A stretch of DNA of 42,733 bases, taken from Gaiellales bacterium (GTDB taxonomy: Bacteria > Actinomycetota > Thermoleophilia > Gaiellales > JAICJC01). Below the pieces are notes generated by a model. It searched no databases. It was not told where the DNA came from and worked only from the letters and a program-made list of their open reading frames with translations. Of this stretch, positions 25,185-34,025 are shown piece by piece. The translations under genes were made by a program, and so were the position numbers. Location of the stretch: NCBI GenBank assembly GCA_035456145.1, contig DATIDU010000104.1, positions 1 through 42,733 of the forward strand. Reading direction: 5' to 3'. The stretch's first letter is position 1, and each line of letters starts with the position of its first letter.

Positions 25185-26050
25185 CGGTGCTCGCCCATCC
25201 CGTATCGCATCCTCCCGCTGTGCAGCCCCGCCCCGAGGCGGATCGGGCGTCGGCGTGGCTCCTTCTGACCGTGCCGATCGTGGTGCTCGCCGTCGCCGGG
25301 AGCGCCGCGGCGCTCCTCGACGGAGGAAGCTACTCGCACGAGACGTCCAACTGGGCGGCGCAGGCCACGGGGCAGGACATCGCCAACCTCGTCGTCTTCC
25401 CGGTCATGGCGGTCGTGGCGGTGCTCGCGTGGAGGGGGTCGCTGCGGGCGCGCCTGGCATGGAACGGCTTCGCCGCGTATGGCGTGTACGCGTACGCGAT
25501 CTACTCCTTCGACGTCCACTGGAGCCGGCTCTTCCTGCTCGACGTGGCGGTGTTCGGTCTGTCGGTCTACGCCCTCGCCGGGGGGATCGCGTCGCTCCAC
25601 CTCGACGCCGTCCGCGCGCGGTTCTCGCCCGCCGCACCCGTCCGCTCGACCTCGCTGGCGCTGATCGGAATCGCGGTCGTCTTCTCGGCGCTCTGGCTCG
25701 CCATCGAGGTGCCCGCGGCCTTGAGCGGCACGCCCGCGGACGAGCTGCGCGACGTCGGGCTCTTCACGAACCCCGTCCACGTGCTCGATCTTGCCGTGGC
25801 CCTCCCGGCGACGGCGATCGCGGGCCTGCTCCTCCGCCTGCGCCGGCCGCTCGGCTACTGCCTGGCCCCGCTCATCCTGTCGATGCTCGCCGCGCTCACG
25901 GTCGGGATCGTCTCGTTGATGCTGGTCGCTGCCCACCGCGGCATCGATCCCCTGGGCCCCGGCATCGTCGTGACGAGCGCGCTCATGGTCGCCGAGCTCG
26001 TGCTACTCGGGCGCTTCCTCGGCTCGATCGACGAGCCCACCGCGGGCTGA
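25181..26050 (+). CDS. Integral membrane protein, unknown function (about 7-8 TM)
   Basis: 289-aa hydrophobic ORF translationally coupled to the flavodoxin-like gene. I recognise no family. Confidence 0.7.
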   Translation: MTVLAHPVSHPPAVQPRPEADRASAWLLLTVPIVVLAVAGSAAALLDGGSYSHETSNWAAQATGQDIANLVVFPVMAVVAVLAWRGSLRARLAWNGFAAYGVYAYAIYSFDVHWSRLFLLDVAVFGLSVYALAGGIASLHLDAVRARFSPAAPVRSTSLALIGIAVVFSALWLAIEVPAALSGTPADELRDVGLFTNPVHVLDLAVALPATAIAGLLLRLRRPLGYCLAPLILSMLAALTVGIVSLMLVAAHRGIDPLGPGIVVTSALMVAELVLLGRFLGSIDEPTAG

Positions 26051-26081
26051 CGGTCACCGGACTGCAACGGAACGGTCACGG

Positions 26082-26128
26082 GCGAGGGTGCGTAACCTGG
26101 TTACACCCCCGCCGCGGTCGGCCCTCGC
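26082..26128. terminator. Imperfect compound hairpin between convergent genes
   Basis: The outer stem is GCGAGGG (26082-26088) / CCCTCGC (26122-26128). The inner stem is GTG(C)GTAACC / GGTTACAC. Confidence 0.3.
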
Positions 26129-26133
26129 AGCGT

Positions 26134-26748
26134 TTACCGACCCTTCCATGGATCGACGTAGACGTCGTCGATTCGCCAGTCGCCGCCGTGCGGGGTGAAC
26201 CGAAGCTGAATCGACGCCGTCCCGTCGTTCACGATCGGAAGCGCCGTCAGGTTCGCCAGCAGGAGGAACACGGGTGTCGGCTGCCATGCATCGGTCCCGT
26301 CGACCCGGCCGACCGGAACGACGAGCGGGCCGAGCAGCGTGTGCACGATCACGCTGACCGAGAGCGAGCCGTTCGGGTCGCCATCGTTTCGAGCGAAGAA
26401 TCGCATCGTCGGCGAGTCGAGGCCGATGCAGACGTCGGCGCTCGTTGCCCGGCTCCCGTCAGGGAGCGCGAGCGACCACGAGTCGCCGGCGCCGCCGACC
26501 TGGAAGCTCTCGTTGCCGGCGACGACCGCGGCGCCGTCCTCGAGGCTCCAGACGCCCCCGCCCTGTTCGAAGCCGCCGTCGGGCGCGAGCACGTACCACG
26601 ACTGGTCGCCCCACGGCAGGAACGGCTGGACGGCATCGGCGCTCGGGCAGCCGTCGAGGAGCGAGGCGCTCGCCGACGGGACTGCGATCGCCAGAGCCGC
26701 GAGCGCGGCGGTGACGGTGACGGAAAGCCGGACGATAAACGGTCGCAT
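26134..26748 (-). CDS. Secreted hypothetical protein
   Basis: 204-aa ORF with a signal peptide (LSVTVTAALAALAIAVPSASA|S). GC3 is high. I recognise no family. Confidence 0.7.
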   Translation of the reverse strand: MRPFIVRLSVTVTAALAALAIAVPSASASLLDGCPSADAVQPFLPWGDQSWYVLAPDGGFEQGGGVWSLEDGAAVVAGNESFQVGGAGDSWSLALPDGSRATSADVCIGLDSPTMRFFARNDGDPNGSLSVSVIVHTLLGPLVVPVGRVDGTDAWQPTPVFLLLANLTALPIVNDGTASIQLRFTPHGGDWRIDDVYVDPWKGR

Positions 26749-26897
26749 CGGAACTCCTTCACGGTCGACGACCCGACCTACCTCGCCACGGGGGAGGGAG
26801 GCCTACCTCCCCTCTTTGCGGTATCCAGCATCCCTCCGCCGAGGGATTTGCACGGCCGCGCCCGGGGCTAGACTGGTGCGCGGTCCCGCCGGCAACG

Positions 26898-28184
26898 GTG
26901 GAGGTGATGGTGGACATCCTTGGCGGATCACCGGGCAGGGCCGCCGAGCTCGACTCGGCGATAGATGCACCGATCGCTGCGGCGCGCGCCCGCATGCCCG
27001 AGCGCCTCTCGCACCGCGACCGGGTCGTGAGCGGGCTCCTCTCGACGGCGTTCCTCGCGGTCGCCGTCCCGCTCGCCGTCGCCGCGCCCGACGGCGGCCG
27101 CCACCCGGGCATCGCCCTGGTCGCCGCGTTCACGGTGGCGTACGCCGTGTGCTCGTGCATCGAGTTCGAGGTGTCGAGCGGGACGGGCGTGCCGACGATG
27201 CTCGTGCTCGTCCCCATGCTCTTCGTGCTTCCGCCCGGCTGGGTGCCGCTGGTCGTCGCCGCGGGACTCCTCGGCGGCGGTGCCTGGGAATGGCGTCGCG
27301 GCGACCTGCACCCCGAGCGCGGGCTCGTGCTGACCTCGGGCGCCTGGCACGCCGTCGGCCCAGCCCTCGTCCTGTCGTTCGCGGGGGCGCCGCCGCCGCG
27401 GCTCTCCGACTGGCCCATCTACGCGGCCGCGCTCGCAGCACAGTTCGGCTTCGACTTCGCGAGCGCCGCGCTCCGCGAGCGGATCGCCTTCGGCGTCCCC
27501 GTCAGCGTGATGGCGCCGGCGATCGCACGCGTGTGGGTCATCGACCTGCTCCTCGCACCGCCCGCGTTCCTCGCGGCGCTCGCGACGGCCGGCGAGCCGT
27601 ACGCATGGCTGCTCGTGCTTCCGGCGGCCGCGCTCCTCGCCGACATGGCCCGCGACCGGCGCGCCCGCATCACCGAGGCGCTGCGGCTGGCGCACGCGTA
27701 TCGCACGGTCGACCACAAGGCCCATCGCGACCCCCTGACCGGCGTCGGGAACCGGCTGGCCTGGGACGAGGCCGTGGCGCTCGCCGACGCCCAAAGCGCC
27801 GGGCCGGTCAGCGTGATCATCGCCGACCTCGACGGCTTGAAGCGCGCGAACGATGAGCGCGGCCACGACGTGGGTGACGCGCTGATCTGTGCGGCCGCCG
27901 AGACGATCCGCCACCAGGTGCGGGAGTCCGACCTGGTCGCCCGGCTGGGCGGCGACGAGTTCGGCGTGCTGCTCTCCGGCGCGTCACCGGCACGGTGCCG
28001 GCTCACAGCCGAGCGGATCGCGAGCGCGGTCTCGGAGCACCCTCCCGTCCGGGGCATCCGGCTCTCGGTCTCACTCGGCTGGGCCGCCACTCCCGACGTC
28101 CCGTCGGTCTCGGAGGCCAAGCGGGTGGCCGACAAGCAGATGTACGCACAGAAGCAGTCTCACCTCGCTGCCCGGCCGGCATAG
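26898..28184 (+). CDS. Membrane-anchored diguanylate cyclase (multi-TM N-terminal domain + GGDEF)
   Basis: 428-aa ORF with an N-terminal ~6 TM region, then LTGVGNR, DLDGLKRANDERGH, an RESD I-site and RLGGDEF. The start is GTG 26898 or ATG 26907. Confidence 0.85.
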   Translation: MEVMVDILGGSPGRAAELDSAIDAPIAAARARMPERLSHRDRVVSGLLSTAFLAVAVPLAVAAPDGGRHPGIALVAAFTVAYAVCSCIEFEVSSGTGVPTMLVLVPMLFVLPPGWVPLVVAAGLLGGGAWEWRRGDLHPERGLVLTSGAWHAVGPALVLSFAGAPPPRLSDWPIYAAALAAQFGFDFASAALRERIAFGVPVSVMAPAIARVWVIDLLLAPPAFLAALATAGEPYAWLLVLPAAALLADMARDRRARITEALRLAHAYRTVDHKAHRDPLTGVGNRLAWDEAVALADAQSAGPVSVIIADLDGLKRANDERGHDVGDALICAAAETIRHQVRESDLVARLGGDEFGVLLSGASPARCRLTAERIASAVSEHPPVRGIRLSVSLGWAATPDVPSVSEAKRVADKQMYAQKQSHLAARPA

Positions 28185-28648
28185 GTCGATACGCTCCCGG
28201 CATCGCCGAGCAGTTCGTCATCGAGCACGTCTTCGCGGCGTCCCGGGAGCGCGTGTTCGAAGCCTGGGTCAACCCCGAGGTGCTGCGCCGCTGGTGGGGC
28301 GCCGGGCCCGACTGGACCTCGCCGTCCGTCGAGATCGACCCGCGTCCGGGCGGGAGCTACCGGCTCTCGATGCAGGATCCGGCGGGGACCGTCCGGACGG
28401 TCGGCGGCCGCTACGTCGAGGTGGACCCGCCCCGCCGGCTCGTGTACACATGGGCATGGGAGTCGGACGGGGCCGAGGATGATGACGCGACGCTCGTCAC
28501 CGTCGAGTTCCACGAGCCGCAGCCCGGCCGGACCCGCGTCGTCCTCACGCACTCCGGCTTCGCAGATGCCGCCCGCCGCGACATGCACCGCGAAGGCTGG
28601 GAGCTCTGCATCGCCAACCTGCGCTCGCGCGTGCTCGAGCCGGAGTGA
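28181..28648 (+). CDS. SRPBCC/AHSA1 (Aha1-like) domain protein
   Basis: This is the C-terminal part of ORF 27995..28648, with FVIEHVFAASRERVFEAWVNPEVLRRWWG..DPRPGGSYRL..PPRRLVYTW. The start is unresolved: homology begins within a few codons of ATA 28181, which overlaps the upstream TAG. The only canonical in-frame start is GTG 27995, 62 codons inside the cyclase gene. Confidence 0.75.
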   Translation: MGRYAPGIAEQFVIEHVFAASRERVFEAWVNPEVLRRWWGAGPDWTSPSVEIDPRPGGSYRLSMQDPAGTVRTVGGRYVEVDPPRRLVYTWAWESDGAEDDDATLVTVEFHEPQPGRTRVVLTHSGFADAARRDMHREGWELCIANLRSRVLEPE

Positions 28649-28654
28649 CGGTCC

Positions 28655-30370
28655 CTACGGCGGCAGCGTCGCGGCGCACTCCAGGACGAGCGCGTGCACG
28701 AACGCCTGGGGGAGGTTCCCCCGCAGCTGGCGCTGGGAGACGTCCCACTCTTCGGCGTGGATGCCCGGGCCGCCGCTCGCGCTTCGGGCCCGCTCGAACC
28801 AGCGCGTCGCGCGGAGCGGCTCGCCCTGTCCGTGCAGCGCGAGCGCCATCCACAGGCCGCAGATGAGAAACGCGCCCTCGGATTCGCCGAGCGGGCGATC
28901 GTCGAGCCGGTAGCGGTAGGCGAAGCCGTCCTCGGCCAGCTCGCGGTCGACCGCCTCGATCGTGGCCCGGGTGCGCGGGTCGCCCGGCGGGACGGCTCCC
29001 CGGATCCCGGCCGTGAGGAGCGATGCATCGACCCGCTCGTCACCGGCCGCGCGCTGCCAGCGCCCGGACGGATGCAGACCCCAGGCCGTCGCGTCGGCCA
29101 CGAGGGTGTCAGCCAGCGCGTCCCACTCGGGGAGGCCGGCGCCGGCAGCGCCGATCCGGCGCAGGCCCGCGGCGCAGATCAGCGTGCTGTGCGTCCAGCG
29201 GGCCGGGTCGAGCTCCCACACCCCGGAGTCCTGCTCGCGCCGGCGGGCGGCCACCGCGTCGGCGGCCACAGCCGCTGCGCGCCGCCCCTCGGCGTCGAGG
29301 CGGTCGCGCCGGGCGGCGGCCGCGAAGAGGAGCAGCGCCTCGCCGAAGCAGTCGAGCTGGAACTGGTCGGCGGCACTGTTGCCGACCACGTCGCAGCGCC
29401 CGGGGTAGCCGGGCAGGTCGAGGCTGCGCTCGCCGGGGACCTCGCCGCCGGCGGTCGTGTACACGGGCCGAAGCTGGGGCCCGTCGTCGATGAGGCGCGC
29501 CGAGACCGTGTGCACCGCGTCATCCAGGATCTCGTCGACGCCGGCGGCCGCAGCCGCCTGCCCGGCGTAGCACTGGTCGCGGATCCAGGCGTAGCGGTAG
29601 TCGTAGTTTCGCCCTTCGCGCGCCCGCTCCGGAAGCGAGGTGGTCGCCGCCGCGACCATCGCGCCGGACGAGGCGGTCAGCCCGCGCATGACCGCCACGG
29701 CGTGCCGAGCCTCGCGGGTCGCAACGGCGTCCTCGAGCTCGGGGACGCGATCGGCCCACGCCGCCTCCGTCTCTCGCCACGCCCGCTCTGCGGAGGGCGG
29801 CGGGGCGGGGTCGCCGGCGCGATCGAGGACGAGCACCAGGTCGTGGACATCGCCTTCGGCGAGATCGAGGTGCAGCTCCAGGAGCCCGTCGCGGCCCGGC
29901 CGCGCGGCGGCGGCCCCCGCCCAGAGCCCCGCCACCTCGCCGCTGCGAAGGCGCCAGAGGTCGCCGTCCAGGCGGGGCGGATCCAGGCCCGCCGCGCCGA
30001 ACCCGGCCCTGGGCGACAGCCGCACCGAGAGCGCCGCCCGGCCGGCCACGACGCCGATCCGCCGCAGGACGACCGCTCGGTCGGGGCGCGACGGGAGCGC
30101 GAGCGCCTCACGGCATTCGACGATCGCCTCGTCCGTCACCCAGCGGCTGCGCCAGATGAGCGACCCCCGCTCGTAGTAGCCGCCCCACACGTACCGGCCG
30201 CGCGGCCGCACCGCGTAGGTCCCTCCGCCGCCGATGATCTCCGAGAAGACCCCGTCGGAGTCCCAGCCGGGGAAGCACATCCAGGCGATGTCGCCGTCGG
30301 GGCCGACCAGCGCGCCGCGCTCGCCGTCGGCGATGAATGCGTAGTCGCGAAGGACGTGCGGCCGGGTCAC
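28655..30370 (-). CDS. Glycoside hydrolase family 15 (glucoamylase/trehalase-like)
   Basis: This is the last 571 codons of ORF 28655..32452, with LRDYAFIADGERGALVGPDGDIAWMCFP and NYDYRYAWIRDQCYA. The GTG at 30370 overlaps the upstream stop (GTGA). Confidence 0.9.
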   Translation of the reverse strand: MTRPHVLRDYAFIADGERGALVGPDGDIAWMCFPGWDSDGVFSEIIGGGGTYAVRPRGRYVWGGYYERGSLIWRSRWVTDEAIVECREALALPSRPDRAVVLRRIGVVAGRAALSVRLSPRAGFGAAGLDPPRLDGDLWRLRSGEVAGLWAGAAAARPGRDGLLELHLDLAEGDVHDLVLVLDRAGDPAPPPSAERAWRETEAAWADRVPELEDAVATREARHAVAVMRGLTASSGAMVAAATTSLPERAREGRNYDYRYAWIRDQCYAGQAAAAAGVDEILDDAVHTVSARLIDDGPQLRPVYTTAGGEVPGERSLDLPGYPGRCDVVGNSAADQFQLDCFGEALLLFAAAARRDRLDAEGRRAAAVAADAVAARRREQDSGVWELDPARWTHSTLICAAGLRRIGAAGAGLPEWDALADTLVADATAWGLHPSGRWQRAAGDERVDASLLTAGIRGAVPPGDPRTRATIEAVDRELAEDGFAYRYRLDDRPLGESEGAFLICGLWMALALHGQGEPLRATRWFERARSASGGPGIHAEEWDVSQRQLRGNLPQAFVHALVLECAATLPP

Positions 30371-31330
30371 CGTCGGAGCGACCGAGCCGCGAGCAGCGCA
30401 CCGCCGGCGGCGGCGAGCAGCGCGCCGCGGTGCGTGGCGAGCCAGAGCTCGAGGCTCTGAGAGGCCCCGTCCTCGACCGGCTCGAACAGGTTGTCGGGCC
30501 GGTCGCGGTCGACCGGCACGCCCTGCATCTGCTGGGCGTCGTAGCCGGTCCGGGCAAGGTAGCGGTCGGCGAGCCCGGGCGCGACCATCGACGCCGCGAT
30601 CGCCTTGAGCGCGCTCCCGCCCACGATCAGCTCGCGGCGGCGGTGCGTCGCCGCCCAGTACACGGCCTCGGCGGGCACGTCCGGGGTCGAAGATCGGCGG
30701 GACCGGTTGCGGATGATCCGGGAGCCGTGTGCGGCACCACGAGAACTGGGGCGTGTTCACGGCCGGGAGCTGCACCATCGTGATCCACACGCGGCTTCGG
30801 TCGTGCAGGAGCTCCGTGCGGACGGAGTCGGTGAAGCCGCGGACGGCGAACTTCGCGCCGCAGTACGCCGCCTGAAGCGGGATCGCGCGGTATGCGAGGG
30901 CCGAGCCGACCTGGACGACGACGCCGTGGTCGCGCGGAACCATCCGCCGCAGCGCGGCCATCGTGCCGTGCACGGTGCCCAGGTACGCCGCCTCGGTCGC
31001 CCGCCGGAACTCGTCGGGCGCCGTCTCGGCGAGCGGTGCGAACACGGTCGCCATCGCGTCGTTCACCCACACGTCGATCGGCCCCGCCTTCCGCTCGACG
31101 GCCTGCGCGGCCGCGTCCACCTCGTCGTGCTCGGCGACGTCGGCCGGGAGGACGAGCGCCGTCCCGCCCAGCGCGCGCACCTCCTCCGCCGCGGCCTCGA
31201 GGCCGGCCCGTCCCCGGGCGACGAGGCCGACCGTTGCGCCGCGGCGGGCGAAGGAGTGGGCGACCGCCCGCCCGACGCCCGCCGACGCGCCGGTGACCAC
31301 CACCACCTGGGGCGGCGGCGCGTCCCTCAC
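30367..31330 (-). pseudogene. SDR-family oxidoreductase interrupted by a single +1 frameshift (or sequencing error)
   Basis: The N-terminal ~213 codons (VVVVTGASAGVGRA.., NDA, YCGAKFAV, ..PVPPIFDP) are in one frame. The conserved C-terminus (VPAEAVYWAATHRRRELIVGG..DRYLARTGY, ORF 30367..30678) is in the +1 frame. The break is at TCCGGGG, 30680-30686. The GTG at 31330 overlaps the GMC stop (GTGA). Confidence 0.7.
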
Positions 31331-32931
31331 GCCGCCCACCTGCCGTTGGCCTCCACTCGCCGCGCGGCCAGCCGCTCGGCGAGCCGGGCCGCGAGGGCCA
31401 TGATCGTGAGTGCAGGGTTGGCGCTCCCCTGCGTGGGCATCACGCTCCCGTCGCAGACGAACAGGTTGCGAACGCCCCACACCCGGTGGTCCGCGTCGAC
31501 GACGCTCGTCTCGGGGTCTGTCCCCATCCGGCACCCGCCGACGAGGTGCGCGTACCGGTCGATCGTGAGAATGTCCTGGGCGCCGGCCGCCTCCCAGATG
31601 CGGTTGATCATGCGCTTGGCGTATGCGACGTTCGCGCGGTCGTTCTCGCACTGGGTGTAGCTGAACCGGGCGACCGGCATGCCGAACTGATCCGTCTCGC
31701 CGGCGAGCGTCACCCGGTTCTCGGCCCGCGGGAGGAGCTCGCACAGGGCGCCGAGCACGGCCCAGTGGTTGTAGTCGCGCATGTATTCGCGCAGGGCCGT
31801 GCCGTGGTGCCCGTCGGCGAGCACGTGCTCGGCCCAGCCGATCGGGAGCGGGCTCACGGTCTGGATCGAGAAGCCGCGGGCGAAGCAGCGCTCGGGATCC
31901 GTCTCGTAGAACTGCTCGGAGGAGACCTCCGGCGGCGGCGCCTTGTACATCCGCAGGAGCTCGGGGAAGCGGCCCGCGATCTGCGGAGCGCCCTGCACCA
32001 TCACGTAGCGGCCCACCTGGTCGTGCTCGTTCCCGACCCCGGAGTGCAGCAGGAGCCGGGGCGTCTCGATCGCGTAGCCGCACACCGCCACGGCGCGGGC
32101 ACGCTGCACGCGCTCGGTGCCGTCGCGGACGTAGCGGACGCCGGAGGCCGAGCCGCCGCCGTCCATCTCGATCCCGACGACCATCGCGTCGGCCCGGACC
32201 TCCGCCCCCTGGTCGAGGGCGTCGGGCACATGCGTGACGAGCGGGCTGGCCTTGGCGTTCACCTTGCAGCCCTGAAGGCAGAAGCCGCGGTAGATGCAGT
32301 GCGGCCGGTTCCCGAAGCGGCCGTTCGTGATCGCCACCGGGCCGACGCGCATCTCGATGCCGCAGGCCCGCGCGCCCTCCCAGGCCCGCTCGGCGGCGCC
32401 GCAGACCGGGTGCGGGCGGTGCGGATAGCCGTGCGGGTCGCCCCATGGCCACCGCTGCCCCGCGACGGGTAGCTCACGTTCCAGCACGCGGTAGTGGTCG
32501 CGCAGCTCGGCGTAGGTGATCGGCCAGTCGGCGCCGACACCGTCGACCGTGCGGGTGGCGAAGTCCGACGGGTGAAACCGAGGGGTGTAGCCGGCGAAGT
32601 GCACCATCGAGCCGCCGACGCCGAGACCGCTGTTGTTCTTGCCCATCTCGACGGGGTCCTCGCCCGCGATGATGCGGGTGTCGTTCCAGTAGAGGTGCGA
32701 CGAGCCGGCCTCGTCGGATACCCAGTCGCGGTCGGGATCCCAGAACGGCCCCCGCTCGAGGACGACGATCCTCCACCCGGCCCGTGCCAGCCGCTGGGCG
32801 AGCACGCCGCCACCCGCGCCGCAGCCGACGATCGCCATGTCAACCGCATCGTCGTCGCGAAAGCGGCGCATCCGATCGAGGCCGGGAACGCCGCGCCGGT
32901 GCGGGTGAAGCAGGAGGTGGGAGCGATTCAT
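31327..32931 (-). CDS. GMC-family FAD-dependent oxidoreductase
   Basis: The N-terminus has DMAIVGCGAGGGVLAQRLARAGWRIVVLERGP. The C-terminus has HLVGGCRMG..VCDGSVMPTQGSANPALTIMALA. The ATG at 32931 overlaps the upstream stop (ATGA); an alternative ATG is at 32871. Confidence 0.9.
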   Translation of the reverse strand: MNRSHLLLHPHRRGVPGLDRMRRFRDDDAVDMAIVGCGAGGGVLAQRLARAGWRIVVLERGPFWDPDRDWVSDEAGSSHLYWNDTRIIAGEDPVEMGKNNSGLGVGGSMVHFAGYTPRFHPSDFATRTVDGVGADWPITYAELRDHYRVLERELPVAGQRWPWGDPHGYPHRPHPVCGAAERAWEGARACGIEMRVGPVAITNGRFGNRPHCIYRGFCLQGCKVNAKASPLVTHVPDALDQGAEVRADAMVVGIEMDGGGSASGVRYVRDGTERVQRARAVAVCGYAIETPRLLLHSGVGNEHDQVGRYVMVQGAPQIAGRFPELLRMYKAPPPEVSSEQFYETDPERCFARGFSIQTVSPLPIGWAEHVLADGHHGTALREYMRDYNHWAVLGALCELLPRAENRVTLAGETDQFGMPVARFSYTQCENDRANVAYAKRMINRIWEAAGAQDILTIDRYAHLVGGCRMGTDPETSVVDADHRVWGVRNLFVCDGSVMPTQGSANPALTIMALAARLAERLAARRVEANGRWAA

Positions 32932-33599
32932 TCCAGACCGCGCTCCCGGACGTCGCGGACCGGGTCGACCTCGAACGCCTCGCGGCCCTCCCACGGCTCG
33001 TGGCGGTCGACGCCGAGCGCCTGGTACCCGCGCGGGTAAGCCGGTCCGCCGAACCCGATCTCGTTCCAGGCCCACGGATGGGAGTAGAACGCCTCGAGCA
33101 GGTCGCGCATGACGACGGCGTAGGCCCGCTTCACGTTCACGCCGTCCCAGGCACCGCCGGAGAGCCGGCCCGCGGCGAGCTCCTCCGCGATCCGCTCACG
33201 CGTCTCCGCCGGGGCGTTCGCGTACGGCTCCCCCGCCGCCTCGTCGAGCCCGCCCGCCACGGTCCGCCACGTCTCGCGGTCGTCGGGCATGTCCTCGTAG
33301 CGGTAGCCGTCGCCGCGGCCGCTCTCCAGCTTCGCGTCGACGAACGAGAGCGCCGGAACGCGCGGCTCGCGATCCTGGGCGAGCACGACGTCGCCGAAGG
33401 CCGTCAGCGTGGCGAACTCCTCCCGCGAGAAGAACCGGCGTTCGGGGGGCGACTCAACACGGGCCAGGATCAGCTCGCGCGTGCGCTCGTCCCAGTGGCC
33501 GAGCTCCTCCATGACGTCGAAGTCCGGGTAGCGGCCGCGCATCTGGGGGGTCGTGCCGCGCCGCTGCCGGGGGAGCCCCGCCGGCTCCGCAGAGCTCAT
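32928..33599 (-). CDS. Gluconate 2-dehydrogenase subunit 3-like protein
   Basis: This is the last 223 codons of ORF 32928..33878. RRFFSREEFATLTAFGDVVLAQD..ALSFVDAKL resembles the subunit-3 family that partners GMC dehydrogenases. No hydrophobic Tat/Sec signal follows the N-terminal RQRRG. The ATG at 33599 overlaps the upstream stop (ATGA). Confidence 0.75.
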   Translation of the reverse strand: MSSAEPAGLPRQRRGTTPQMRGRYPDFDVMEELGHWDERTRELILARVESPPERRFFSREEFATLTAFGDVVLAQDREPRVPALSFVDAKLESGRGDGYRYEDMPDDRETWRTVAGGLDEAAGEPYANAPAETRERIAEELAAGRLSGGAWDGVNVKRAYAVVMRDLLEAFYSHPWAWNEIGFGGPAYPRGYQALGVDRHEPWEGREAFEVDPVRDVRERGLE

Positions 33600-34015
33600 C
33601 GCTCCCGTTCCATGAGCGGCGCCAGGAGGCCGAGCGCGCCGACCGCCAGGAGTGCGCCCGGCGCCAGGAGCGGCGGCCCCATGACCAGGTTGTAGGCGGT
33701 CTCGCGGAAGCCGCCCGGCCGGCGATGGATGCCGCGGACGTGCGTCACGAGGCCCGCCACGCCGTCCAGCACGAAGAGCGCGGACACCGCCGGCAGCGCG
33801 GTCCGGGCCACCCGGGGCGAGAAGGCGGCGGCGACGCCCGCAACCGTCAGCGGCGGCGCGAGGACGATCGGCGTCCACATCCAGCGGTCGGCGAACGACC
33901 CCTTCTCGTGCTCGAGATAGATCTCAAACGCAAGCGGCGGCGCGGCCGCGGCGGCGGCCAGTCCCAGCGTCTTCTGCATGCGCCCGGCGCGGAGGTTGGC
34001 GAGCACGCGTCTCAT
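33596..34015 (-). CDS. Small integral membrane protein (about 4 TM), unknown function
   Basis: 139-aa ORF. ATG 34015 is preceded by GAGGAG. Hydrophobic segments are present. It is translationally coupled to the subunit-3-like gene. Confidence 0.6.
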   Translation of the reverse strand: MRRVLANLRAGRMQKTLGLAAAAAAPPLAFEIYLEHEKGSFADRWMWTPIVLAPPLTVAGVAAAFSPRVARTALPAVSALFVLDGVAGLVTHVRGIHRRPGGFRETAYNLVMGPPLLAPGALLAVGALGLLAPLMERER

Positions 34016-34025
34016 CGGACTCCTC

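Noticed and set aside
26782-26815. GGGGAGG...CCTCCCC hairpin in the divergent region between the secreted-protein gene and the membrane cyclase, considered as a terminator or riboswitch
   Set aside because: No upstream co-directional gene needs a terminator here. The stem is short (7 bp) and I could not see further conserved structure.
30367-30678. 103-aa ORF as an independent gene
   Set aside because: Its sequence (VPAEAVYWAATH..LIVGG..DRYLARTGY) is the conserved C-terminal extension of the SDR encoded immediately upstream in another frame. It is better explained as the 3' part of a frameshifted gene.
28655-32452. 1265-aa ORF that looks like a giant GMC/SDR/GH15 fusion protein
   Set aside because: It is a read-through artefact of stop-poor GC-rich DNA. 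Real homology switches between frames. Each component gene has its own start overlapping the previous stop (ATGA/GTGA), and the connecting segments are Arg/Pro/Gly-rich junk.
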